Shown: piece after piece, positions 36,536-48,742 of the stretch
How the letters are laid out: every line of letters starts with the position of its first letter
Position numbering within the stretch: position 1 is the stretch's first letter
Assembly: GCA_964016885.1 (NCBI GenBank)
Contig: OZ024740.1
Coordinates: forward strand, 351,540,001-351,604,000
Length of the DNA stretch: 64,000 bases
Direction of reading: 5' to 3'
Origin: Eledone cirrhosa
Taxonomy: Eukaryota
Notes under the pieces: generated by a model
The model's input: the letters and a program-made list of their open reading frames with translations, nothing else
Told to the model about the DNA's origin: nothing
The model's database searches: none
Program-made: the position numbers and the translations under genes

Positions 36536-36744
36536 CCCTTTAGCATTTACATTACTCTATATTATACTATTATATTTTCCCAGTAAAGGCTTTACCTCAC
36601 ATGATATCGAATCTATGAGATTTTGTTATTATTTATTTTGAGAACAATACCTTAACATCAATATGAGTGGCCAGTTACAGCTGATTTGAACAGAAAGGGG
36701 TGAGAGAATTTTGGCCGGATATGGCTGGTTTAGATGCTAAAGGG
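36536..36744. mobile_element. piggyBac-like MITE
   Basis: TTAA|CCCTTTAGCATTTA ... TAGATGCTAAAGGG|TTAA. Confidence 0.85.
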
Positions 36745-38669
36745 TTAATGTTTCAGAACACATCATTTTGTCCTTTGATCTTTGAAGTTGAACTCTCACC
36801 AAAGTTTACTTACAATAAAATTAGTACCTGTTAATACATCAGTCAGTGTTTACTAATTATAATCTCTTTCTTGCAAATTTGATGCTTTGTATGAATGTGA
36901 GAAATCAATATTCATATAATTGAAATTATCTGTGTTAAGTTGATCATGCTGAAGTAACTTGACATGTGTGCTGATATGGCCATGTGGTTAAGAAGTTCAC
37001 TTCATAATCATATAGATACAAGTTAGACCCCAATATGCTATATTTTAGCAAGTGTATTCTACCAGATCCTTGATATAGGCTCAGTCCTTGTTAGTGTAAC
37101 TGGATAGACAAAAACTTTATGGAAACCTGTCAGATGTGTCACGGTCTTCTCATTTTCTCGTAGCAATTTCAGAGGCCCTCTAAAAGTCTTGGGTGTCCTT
37201 CCAGTTGATTATGTCTTAAAAAGTAGCATATGTTGCTATTATTTTAGATTGTTTTGTGTTGACCCATGTAGAGCTGTTACTGAGGTAGAAACTAGTCTTT
37301 AAAAATTAGGCTTGGTAAAAGAAACAAATGGTTATTAAGGGTGAACAGTTGAGCCTATAATTATGTGATTTATCTGCAAAGATTATTTACTATCACTATA
37401 AATATTCTTGTTTGCTTTTTGAAATGCCTTAGTAATAATTGTTTATTTCATAGATGGAAAAGGCTTTGCAGATGAAATAGCTTTTGATTAAAGAATCTGA
37501 TGCATTGAACTTTTGAAAAAGTGCCAAATTTAGATGAAGCTTGACAGTTGTAAATAGAGTCTACATCAGTAATGTCTGACCTCACATCTTATTTATGTTT
37601 GTTATCATTTTCAATGTAGTGTGTCTATGTGTGTGTGCGGGGGTGGTTGTGTAAAAAAACAGTATCCTGTTAACCAAACCAGTGGTTTGACATTTTAAAC
37701 TGTAAATATATTATTTTAGAGAATTCTTTTTGTTTGTTTGAAACGACCATATAAGTAGGGTATAGAGTTTTATTTGTACTATCACTCTTGGTTACAGTTG
37801 TTTCATATGGCCGATGAAATTGGAAAAACAGGAAAGCTCACCAAAGATCATGAATCATAGCATTTGTAGCGACATAAAGGATTTTAATTACTTACTAGAT
37901 AGATGAAAATATTTTCTGTATTAGATATGTATTCTAGAAATTGTATTTTGGTGGGGCATGTTTAAACATTTTTTTGCGTGGAAATGTTGTCATAGAATAA
38001 ATAGACAGTTCAAATTTTAAAACTTCTCTCTCATTCTCTCACTTATACATATTTCTTACAATGTCATGATGTTCCATATTTACAGTAATAGATTTGGAAG
38101 TTGTGATATCCACACCACTCCCCGAATGTATTAGTGATATTGCTGTAATAGTTCAACAAATGATCAAAACTAGTTTGTAAACGTGTACATAGTCCTTGTT
38201 GGTGGCTGTGAGATAGGCAGGCATGTAGGTATTGGTCAGAATACAATAGCTGTTTGCTTCAGCATCTCAGCTCATGCTTGGAGTGAGACAGGCTATTGAT
38301 GCTGCAGTTATTTTGGTGTGTTTTTTCATTTTTGTGTTTGAAGGTATTATTGTATTGGAGTCAAGAGTTTTTTTGTTGTTTTTTTTTTGCTCCAGATTTG
38401 TTCTCTTCAGCAGACCTGTGCCAAAAAGGTATTAGGTATTCAGTTTAATGACCTGCTAGAAATAGCAGCTAAACTTCAGTCTAGATCTTAAAAGTGGTTA
38501 AATATACTAGATAACTTAAATCCGGGATATGATATACCGAAAAAGATTTCAAGATGATCATTGTTTTCTAGTAGTGTTATTGATGTATCTGGATGTTTGA
38601 GATTAGTTTAACATGTAGAGATAGGACTATGGGTTGAATCTTTATGCAGCAGTGAAATTGTCTCATTTG

Positions 38670-39330
38670 TCCTTACTGATGTTCGACTCATCCTTCAAAC
38701 CATCAAAACATTGCATTTAAGCCGCACACAAGGCAAGGAGCTCTCTTTTTCTTATACGACGCTCCTTTGCCAAACTTACTCCAGAAATGTTCAGTCCTCT
38801 CTATGTCGCCCTCATGAGACCGCACCTAGAATATGGCATCCAAGCATCAAACCCATATCTCATCCGGGATATCCATCACTTGGAGAGGGTTCAACGACTA
38901 GCGACTCGAATGGTACAGGGTCTTCATGAGCTGCCCTACGAAAGCCGGCTGCAGAAGCTGAACCTCTTCTCCTTGGAGCGTCGACGGCTAAGAGGCGATC
39001 TCATTTTGGCTTACAATCTCTTCAATGGCCATTAAGATCTCCCTCAAGATCTCCTATTCACTCCGGCACTTGAAAGGGGTCTACGTGGACATGACAAAAA
39101 GCTGTTTCACCGCCGCTTTCGCCTAAATAGACGGAAAGCTGCTTTCTCAATCTGCATCTCTGGACCCTGGAATTGGCTTCCAGAAGAAGTAGTCAACGCA
39201 CCAACCACGCAACAATTCAAGGCGAAATTGAACCGGTTTTGGACTGTGTAAATTTTGCCCCCCTCCCCTCCTTACATGGCATCTGAAGCATCTGTTTTAA
39301 TTTCTGCAAAATATATTGAATTGAATTGAA
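38670..39330 (+). mobile_element. CR1-clade LINE 3' end
   Basis: LYVALMRPHLEYG...LERVQRLATRMV...LERRRLRGDLI...RGHDKKL...WNWLPEEVVNAP; ends in an (ATTGA)n tail. Confidence 0.9.
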
Positions 39331-39991
39331 CTTCGGACATCATCCTGTCATGAATATTACAAAAAAATTTCACAGAAACTGTATATAGGTTTGTCATTTT
39401 TTTTCAAGTTCAGTTCTTCATTAGAGCTCTGGTTGTGAAATAAATAAAAAAAAGTGTTATTGGTTCAAGGTGATCACTCAGATTTGTGCAAGTTTGGATG
39501 CTATCTTCTATATCTTGCAATATTTTAATGTTACCACTGCTTCTGTGCATATGTTTGTGTGTGGCAGGCATCCATGTGCTTGTTGTGGTATTTGTCATTA
39601 GACTGGATAGTTGCTATAGTAGTTATAATTTAGCTGTTTGTTGTCTGATGCATCTCTATTCTTAATGCCATTATCAGATCACATTTTATGTCAACTAATA
39701 TTTTGATAATCATGACATTTAATTTGTTTCATTGATTTGTTGAAAAAATAAAAGATTTTAGCCCACTTTCAATAGTCACAATCTCCCAGAGCAATATCTG
39801 ACAAAGATGTGTAAAACTAGTTCTCTTCTCATAAACATCTGGTTGTATTTTGTACTCAAAACATAATTGATGCTTGATACTCATTTGTAGAGATATGTAT
39901 ATGTATATGTGGTTATTGTAATCTTCAATGAGAGAGCATCAGCTGAAGGTTATAGTATGATCATTAACACATGGACTATATAAAATCAGTT

Positions 39992-40124
<133 letters not shown>

Positions 40125-40399
40125 ACACATACACACAAGCACGTGGGTGTAGGACCTCTGTCTCTTCCAACAATGGCTTCTCCAGTTATTTGACAACAGA
40201 ATGGCTTGCTCATGAAATTAACATGCAAGTGGCTGAGTGTTTCATAGATGTGTGCATCCTTAATGTAGTTCTAAGGGAGATTCAACCTGACAAAGTTGGG
40301 CATTCGAATTACAGGTACAATGTATTTTTTGCCAGCTTCATTAAATTTACTTTTAGGACTTTTGATTCTATTTTTCCATATCTAGAATTTCACCTTTCA

Positions 40400-40615
40400 C
40401 TGATTTGGTTCTAAGAGTGAGATCATCAGCATACAGGAGTTCCCATAGAGTGCCAGTCTTAAATTCCTCTGTTGTAGCCTGAAGAACAATAATAAACAGA
40501 AGTGACTGAGGACTGAAACCTGATCAACCCCTACCTGCACTTCAAATTCAAGACTGTACTCATTGCTAACCCTCATCTTGCTGGTTGTACCTCTATACAT
40601 GGCTTATATGGCCTT
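40400..40615 (-). mobile_element. RTE RT fragment
   Basis: MYRGTTSKMRVSNEYS...VGVDQVSVLS, then ELLYADDL in another frame. Confidence 0.8.
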
Positions 40616-43578
40616 CAAGAGCTGTGTGTACATATACATATGCACGCACATGCAAATGTTCTTTTCAGTATACAGGAGCAACATTTTCAACAACTGGTGA
40701 CGTTTGTTTATGTCTTGCACGATCAATATGGTTTGCTTTGCAGTTTGATGGGACTAGATGATGTCAGTGAGATTTAAACTCAAATTGCAGAGTGTGGGAA
40801 CAAATATGACAAGGAATTTTGTCCTATGCTCTAACTACTCAGCCAAAAAAAAAATGAAGTTATGAACTGGCAAAGATCATAATGTAGGATACTTTATCCT
40901 GTGTCAATTTATCTTGCTCACTGATGTGAAAGTAACTTGTCATGGATTAGTGACTTGCCTCTGGCTATATTTGTTTGCCATTACTTAATGCCACACAAAC
41001 AGTAATTCAGTAGCAGCTTTATAAACTCATATATAGTTCTTAAAAGGATTAATATTTTTTCCTATATGTTTCTACTTCATATAAAATCCAGTGCAACCAT
41101 TTGAATCTGCTTTTATTGTTTCCATTTGGCATAGATCAAACATAACCGATGATCAATGTCATTCTAGCCATGGATAATCTAGTATTTTCAGATATACTGT
41201 ATATATGGCTTCATCGTGAAGACATGTGGCCTTGTGATTAGTCTGTTGAACTCATGCTCATATGGTTGTGGGTTCAGTTTCTGGACTGAGCAGTGCATTG
41301 TGTTTTTGAACAAGATGTTTCATTTTATTTGGGGCTGGGACTCCTATCAGAGTAACCTATGACATGCAACCTCATGGGGGCCAACAAAACCTATATAGGT
41401 GTGAGCTGTTTATTTCATACAAAATATATAATGTTATTCCTTTTCTAAATGAATTAAAGGATATGTGACTGTTATTTCTAATAGGTTAACTTAGAGACTC
41501 CTTCATTGACATGTCTGCTATTATTATAGAGTATATATAGTCTGGAATTTGGGAAACAGATGAGTATATGAGTTTGTTGGCAACAATTAATCCCAAACAG
41601 ACTTTGAATAGGCACACTATGTTCCTGCATGTCATAAGGCAACTAAAAATGTTGGTGCCAAGAAGTATCCCTTGAACAGTATAAAATCTATTATGGTGCT
41701 CGCAAGTTTAACCTCATCTTTAGTGAGGAAAACGACCTGAAAATGTGTTTTGTTGTATTTTTTTTTAGTTTGTAGATGAAGTTTACAGGTTAACAAAACC
41801 TCTGTCTTTCTCCACTCTCTGTTAAAGGGCAGGAGCACAAAATGTTAGATTTGCTACTCTTCACTGTAATCAAACTTATCAATCTTCTACAAACTCTTTT
41901 TGTTTCTATTATATCATTGACATATAAAGAGGTGGTAATTTTTTTTTTTAAATTTAATTAGAGAGGGAAGGGCAGTGCCTATGACCCTTTTCAGAGCAAT
42001 GTGAAAGATGGAGGAGTGTATCCTGGCTCCAATACTTGCAACAGAGGACTCCATTAAAGGTATCAAAAGGACAGGTGGTGGTATTAAACCAGGAGGCAGT
42101 TGAAGTCAACCACCCGAATGAATAAGATATGAGGCTTGTTTTGGGGTCATGAATTCAAATCCATTGCTTGTTGTTTGTTGTGTTTCTATGCCAAATACAC
42201 CACAGCTTGTTGAGTTCCATATGGTTTTGATTTCACACTGTTGTGGTGATTGTTGGTTACAACAACATATTCTACATTGAACTCCTCACATAAAGAACAC
42301 CCATCATGTGGTATTCCTACTTTATTATTGAGGGCCTAATTTCATCTTGCACTTTTACCTTTTATTAGATGTGTTACAAGTATCTGCTGTGTGTTTGTGT
42401 TTGATGTAGCTATTCAAAGTTTGTTTGGAGTTAATTGTTGCCAACAGGCTCATACATTCATCTGTTTTCTTTGAATTGTGTCAAGCACATGACAGCCTCC
42501 CAAGTGTTGATTTACATGATAAATACACTCAGTATATGTTGTAGAGTGGTTGTTGATATGAAAGGCATCCAGCTGTAGAAAGCTTGCCAAAAAAAAATGT
42601 TAGGAGGACCCTTTAGTTGTGTTAAAGACATGACAACCTCTCTTGTGCACTTGGTAGAACATGAGACTGTATGGAAGGGAGATGCAGACTCTGACTTGTT
42701 TGGGAGGTCAGTAACCCTGTTTCAGTGCTAAATTGGTCTATGTAGAACTACAATCCTTGCTAGAAGGGAAAACCAACGTTAAATGATGACGATATATGAT
42801 CCTACAGTCATGTCAAGGACATGACAATCCCTAATGCTGAGCTGATGTCAAGATAAAATGCACTCAGTATGCCCTGTAAAGTGGTTGGCATTAGGAAGAG
42901 CATTCCAGCCATGAAAAAACATATATATATATATATATATGATGGCACAGTTTCTGTCTATCAAATTTCACTCATAAGGCACTGCTTGGCCCAAGGCTAT
43001 ACTAAACACCTACCCAATGTTCCACACAGCTATAACTGTGTTTCTGTTATTTTTCCAGATCTTTTCTCATTACTAATATTTCCATCCTAGAATTCTAATT
43101 TTAATTTGGGGATAGAGTTCAGTTCTTACAGGTGAATAGGACAAGTTCAGTCAGTAGTTTACTACTGCTACTACTAATACTGCTGCTGCTACTACTACTA
43201 CTACCACTACTAGTACTACTACCACTACTACCACCACTGACAGCAACAGCACGGTAGCAATATTATGCCCAAGGCTTGTTTTATCAAAATGCTTTATGTT
43301 GTCTTTTGTATCATATAACACAGCTCTTTCTGACATGTTTTGTCTCTGTGTAAAACTTCCATTCCCACAAAAACAACTAATAAATACATTGAGATCTTAA
43401 TGCCATGTTTATGATATAGAAAGAGGAATTACAGTAACAAACAGAAAAAACACAAAAAATAAAGTTTATCCATTCAAATTACTCAGCAATATTTGATGTT
43501 TCTGGTGTGAAAAATAGAATAGTAAAGAATATCGAAACAGACACACACATATATATACATATATGTATGTATACATAC

Positions 43579-43623
<45 letters not shown>

Positions 43624-43631
43624 CATATATA

Positions 43632-44047
43632 CGAGGGGGGATCAAAAAGTTTGCGGAATTTTTCAGAAAATATTCTATTTTTCAAAAAATATGATTTAAC
43701 TTCAATTTATTTTTCTACATAGTTGCCATCCAGGTCAATACACTTCACAAAGCAATGCTTCCAACTCCGTCAGCCGTCTCTAAAGAAAGTTGAAGGCCTT
43801 GTTCGAAGCCATGTGTTGGCAGTGTTTTTAGCTTCTTCAACACCACTAAAACGGGTTCCTTTTAGCATTTCTTTGAGTTTTGGAAAGAGGAAAAAGTCTG
43901 ATGGGGCTAAATCTGGACTATAAGGCGGGTGAGGAAGCACTTCCCATCGAAATTCTCGAAGAACTTCTTTTGCAACCCGCGCAGAATGCGCTGGTGCATT
44001 GTCATGGTCAAACAAGATCCCACCATGAAATTTCCCTTTTCGTTTCT
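43632..44047 (-). mobile_element. Mariner (DD34D) transposon, 3' half with TIR
   Basis: HDNAPAH and PHPPYSPDLAPSDFFLFPKLK motifs; terminus TA|CGAGGGGGGATCAAAAAGTTTGCGGAA at 43630. Confidence 0.93.
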
Positions 44048-44394
44048 TCGCAGTAATACAGAGTACCCGACCTCTCATGGGTACAAGCTGAAGCATATAG
44101 ACAATATGCCCCCACACCCTCCCACTGCAAGGTGGTCGTGGAGGTGCCACGGCAAAAAAGCACCCAGCCCACACTGTAAAGTGGACGTGTAGGCGCTACG
44201 AAAAAGCACCCAGCACTCACTGTAAATGAGGTTGGTGATAGGAAAGGCATCCAGCTGTAGAAATCAAGCCAAATCAGTTCCTGTATGAGCAAGGCATGGT
44301 CAGCTGACTAGACACTGCCCACAACAGGACAACCCGTCTAACCCATGCTAGCGTGGAAGAACGGATGTAAAACGGTGATGATGATAATGATGAC
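44048..44394 (+). mobile_element. 3' end of the long-UTR RTE subfamily
   Basis: Near-identical to the reverse complement of ~3034-3370, ending in (GAT)n. Confidence 0.9.
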
Positions 44395-45381
44395 ATAACA
44401 GGCGTTTAAGACTGGCTGTCCATGGGAACTTCTCTATGCTGACGATCTGGTTCTTATAGCAGAATCAGTAGAGGAGCTAGAGAATAAATTCTGGCTATGG
44501 AAACAGCAGTTGGAAGCAAGAGGACTGAGAGTGAACCTAGCTAAGACAAAAGTGTTGATGAGTAGAAGAGGACAAAAACTCTGATTCCGTCAGGGAAATG
44601 GCCATGTTCGATATGCAGAAAAGGAACTGGCATAAATTCTATAAAATGCACACAATGCAGATCCTGGGTATACAAGAGACGTAATGGGATAGCAGGCAAA
44701 TTAACAGGTAGGGAGAAATACGTATGCAGTAGATGTACAGGAAAATTAGACAGTAGAAGTCGTATTGATAGACATATTTTTCAAATGCAGGCGGGTGCTT
44801 ATGAAGTGGTACCTAGAAGATCAGATTAGCATGGGAGGGGGGTGTTCCGAGGCCATAGTATCTAGAATGACGGGTTGGAAGAAGTTTAGGGAGCTCCTTC
44901 CTCTGCTGACGAAGAAGGGTTTCTCCATGCGTACGAAAGGCTGGTTATATGATGCCTGTGTGAGGAGTGCGATGCTGCATGGTAGTGAGACATGGGCAGC
45001 AGAGGATATGTGATGGCTGGAGAGAAATGAGGCAAGCCTGCTCCGTTGGATGTGCAGTGTCAATGTGCGTGAACGACCCAGCATGAATGTGTTGAGAGAG
45101 AAACTGTCTCTGAGAGGGATAGAATGTAGTGTGCGAGAGAGGCGACTGAGGTGGTATGGACATGTGATGCGCATGGAAGATGACCGATGGGTGAAGAAGT
45201 GCCAGGAAATGCCAGTTGAAGGAAGATGTGGTAGAGATAGACCACGAAAAACATGGTGAGAACAGACCTCAGATCGCTGGAGATCATGAAGGACCGTGAC
45301 AAGTGGAGAGATGCTGTGCTGAATAAGACCCGTCCCACCCTTGCAAGCAGGGAAGAGCGGACGTAAAATGATGATGATGAT
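44395..45381 (+). mobile_element. 3' ~1 kb of the short-UTR RTE subfamily
   Basis: FKTGCPWELLYADDL, PHD remnants, RRLRWYGHV; same 3' end as 8968-9248. Confidence 0.9.
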
Positions 45382-45877
45382 ACATATATGTATATATACA
45401 TACATATATGTATATATACATACATATATATGTATTATTACATATGTGTATGTATACATACATATGTATATGTGTATATTTATATGTATAAATGTGTATA
45501 TAGTTATTATATAATAAAAACAGGTCTAAATTATCTTTTAAATCAAATCACCTGTTCTGCTTGTCAAACAGGAATAATATAAGTTATTTTCCTCCCTTTG
45601 TTTACTTTAGTTACTCCTAAATTGTTATAGTATATGCTTCCTTGTTTTAGCTTTCTTTACCCCCCCACCCCCCCTCTCTTACATACGTAAATAATAGTGT
45701 TATGATGTGTTATTTTTACATTCATAAGGAGGATTCAAATAAACTTAGTTCTTGGATACCTAGCTACCACTTGCTGACACAGAAACGCAGAATTGCTTTG
45801 TCATTATATTTACAATAGAAATTGGTGCTCTATCTAGTTTATGGGGTGGGGAGTCAGTGTTATTGATATTATGCAGT

Positions 45878-46071
45878 GGATTGGCAGTATCGGTAGAGGG
45901 TCGGACGCCATGCTTTGACGTATAGAGTTACGGCCCTTGCCATTCTGAGTTCAAATCCCGCCGAGGTTAACTTTGCCTTTCATCCTTACGGGGTCAATAA
46001 AATAAAGTACCAGTAATGCACTGAATAATTGCTGGCCTTGTGACAAACGTAGAAACAATTATTATTATTAT
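45878..46071 (+). mobile_element. Young tRNA-derived SINE (family 1), full length
   Basis: A box TGGCAGTATCGGT, B box GAGTTCAAATCC, central GCCTTTCATCCTTACGGGGTC domain, (ATT)n tail. Other copies at ~1895-2085(-), 7435-7620(-), 17002-17293(-, x2), 24078-24256(+), 25004-25495(+, x3), 27143-27370(+, x2), 28384-28550(+), 30613-30757(+), 46806-46892(-), 62182-62364(-). Confidence 0.9.
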
Positions 46072-46382
46072 TGTCATCAAATTGCTACAAAACATTTGGT
46101 GTTACTATAGAGTTTATCTAGTAGTGTTGCTCAGTGTTATCAATTGTCTGTATATTTATCAAGACTAGCATCATACCATAAGTCTGCCCAGCTCCATAAT
46201 CCTCATTGTCATCACTGACATAGCTTTAGTCTACAGAAAATGCTGCAGCTATCTGGCAGCAATATCCATCATCACTGTGATGAGGCAAGTTGAGTAGAGC
46301 ATCCATGGTTAGCCATCCTCTTAATTATCATCATCATCACTGCCATAGGTCTGGTCTATCAACAGTGAATGACTATCTATCA

Positions 46383-47914
46383 TCTTTATATATATAAAAG
46401 CGAAGATGTGTGTGTGTGTGTGTGTGTACAACTTGGCATGCATAAGGCTTTCACAATTACCAACTGAATTTGACCAAATTTTCTGTGCATGTTGCACAGG
46501 TCGCTAAGATTGTTACATCACAAACATTTTTCAAATCGACCCCCGTTGAGCAATAAAAAATCGATATCAAAATTATCGGTAGAAAAATTGATGTAAGGGA
46601 AATAACAAACTTTATTGACAATCCTTATCTGCCTGTTTTTTTTACAGATTTGCAACGTGTATTGTCTTTAATCATTTGTTTAACTACATCCTGTTCAGTG
46701 TTTTCCTTCATTATCAGCATAGTTTTATGTGTACAAAGATTGCACTAAATATTCGTTTGCATTAATTATTGAAGGCTTCTGCTTATTTTGACAGGTCGGG
46801 GACAAATAATTGTTTCTACTTTTGGCACAAGGTCAGCAATTACCCAGTACATTACTGGTACTTTATTTTATCGACCCCGTAAGGATGAAAGGTTGGGGAC
46901 AAATAATGTTCTTCTTTTACTTCCTAGCTGTATATTCTTAGCATAATTTCAAACCCCGAGCAATGCCGGGTAAATCTGCTAGTCTATATATATAAAACTG
47001 ATGTTGTGTGTGTGTGTCCTCATTTTTGCAAAGTCTATAGAAATCCACATTTCTACTACGATTGACTGAATTTATATATTCCTTGCGGTCTAAAGATATT
47101 AACTGCAGCTTTTATTTTTCAATTTTCTGTTGTTAAAGGGGTGTTAGGCACCGGTTATCCATCTCCGTCGCGCTCTTATAATATCTGTCTGTATGCCTGG
47201 CTGTCTGCATTACGACATTCTGACGAACATTGATGACGTATTATGTTCGCTATTATCCGTTCATTGTCAGGGAATGTCTTCACGAACCAAAGTATCGTCT
47301 TCTGTTTTCCTTCGGTTGCAACGTTTTTCGAAATATTTACTTCTGCGTTCACAGATTGATGTTTTTAGTTTCAGAAGATCCCGTTAAGGGTGAAAGCAAC
47401 GATTCTTTGCTTAAACTATAATCTGCTATTTTAATCTATATATGTATATATATATAAAACTGAGGAAGGATGTGTGTGTGTGTGTGTGTGTGTGAAACCC
47501 GAGAAGTACCCAACCGATCTTTTTCATATGTATTACTTATATTTCAGGGAGTGTTATGCACATAAAATTCAACTTTTTGATCCCCTAGGGCCCGCATTAG
47601 GTAAAAAACTTAGTTTTTTCCAGCTTTTTAGGGGTTTTTTGAGGCGTTACGTCTAGCCGATTTTCCCGAAATTTCAAGGCATATTATGCACATAAAAAAT
47701 TTATTTTCTTGATCCCCTAGGGGCCCGCATTAGGTGAAAACCTGCATTTTTCCTGCTTCATCGAGGAAAATCTTAAAGATTATCCAGCCATCAGAGTATT
47801 CGGTTTATTTTCTTTACATATTGTCCTAGGCATGCAGTTTTTCCACGATTAGGTCTGTTGGCGGCCTGCGTTACAAAATACCTTATCCCGTGCAACGCCG
47901 GGTACCACTGCTAG
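46383..47914 (+). mobile_element. Chain of three non-autonomous Helitron units
   Basis: TC starts at 46383, 46983 and 47435; hairpin+CTAG ends at 46982 and 47914; flanked A|...|T. Confidence 0.8.
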
Positions 47915-48658
47915 TCATTGCTATAAGTTTAGTCGTCTGACATGGTGATGGTAGTATCACCATTACTATCCTGATAGTATCAGTATATCATATTACTATG
48001 GATATATAGTATATATTCACACACCCTTAATCTATACAGCTCCTTATCTTTTGTCATGCATGTTGCATGTTTGTATTGCATGATTGATCCAGAGTAGTTG
48101 TTGTTTTATAGATTATTGTGATTTTGGTGGGCTTTAATATTCAGTGAATTTCTCAGGCTATTTGTTTTCAACCTGTTTTTCAAGATCATGATCTTCTAAT
48201 ACAGGTTAAATTCAAGGACTCCGGGAAAATAACTGAGCCTATAAAGTACACACACACGCATGCACACACCACATCATCATTTAATGTCTATTTTCCATGC
48301 TAGCATGGATTACATTGGTTGTCCAGGTCTTGCTCATACAGAACTGTTTCTGGCTTGGTTTTTATGGCTGTGTGCTGGGTGCTTTTTGTTGTGACACCTA
48401 CACGACCATTTTAGAGTGTGGGCTGGGTTTTTATATATATTTATATATACTCATAGTCTGCGGTAAGGGGATCGGTAAGACCACAAATCAGTGTACTACT
48501 CAATACATGGCATGATGCAGAGTGGGTATATTGATATATATATGTAGTGTGTGTGTGCTGTCTGTCGCACAATGTTTTACTTATTCTCTTGCTATATGCA
48601 CCATTTGCAACATTTAGTTACCTAATTTATCTCTAGGTATGCTGTTGAGATAATCCTT

Positions 48659-48742
48659 ACTCCTGTTGAAAAGCCCTAGGATTATGTGACAGAGCCACTA
48701 ATTTTCGGCGAAACAAACTCTATCTGTAGTTTGTCCAGGAGT
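48659..48742 (+). ncRNA. Type I hammerhead ribozyme, complete (U3-A8 core variant)
   Basis: Stem I ACUCCUG/CAGGAGU; core UUGAAAA (48666-72); stem II GCC...GGC with extension; GAAA (48710-13); stem III ACAAACU/AGUUUGU; GUC triplet 48733-35. Confidence 0.85.

Noticed and set aside
37453-37860. Acceptor-like ttcatag|ATGGAAAAG and a short MADEIGK ORF
   Set aside because: Frames close within a few codons and there is no convincing phase-1 donor.
43770-44174. 134-aa ORF as a novel fusion transposase
   Set aside because: The N-terminal part is the antisense of an RTE 3' UTR abutting a truncated mariner; no start context, and the DNA-binding domain and first Asp are missing.
45878-45965. tRNA gene (A and B boxes present)
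   Set aside because: No cloverleaf; the head is attached to a repeated body and tail, so it is a SINE.
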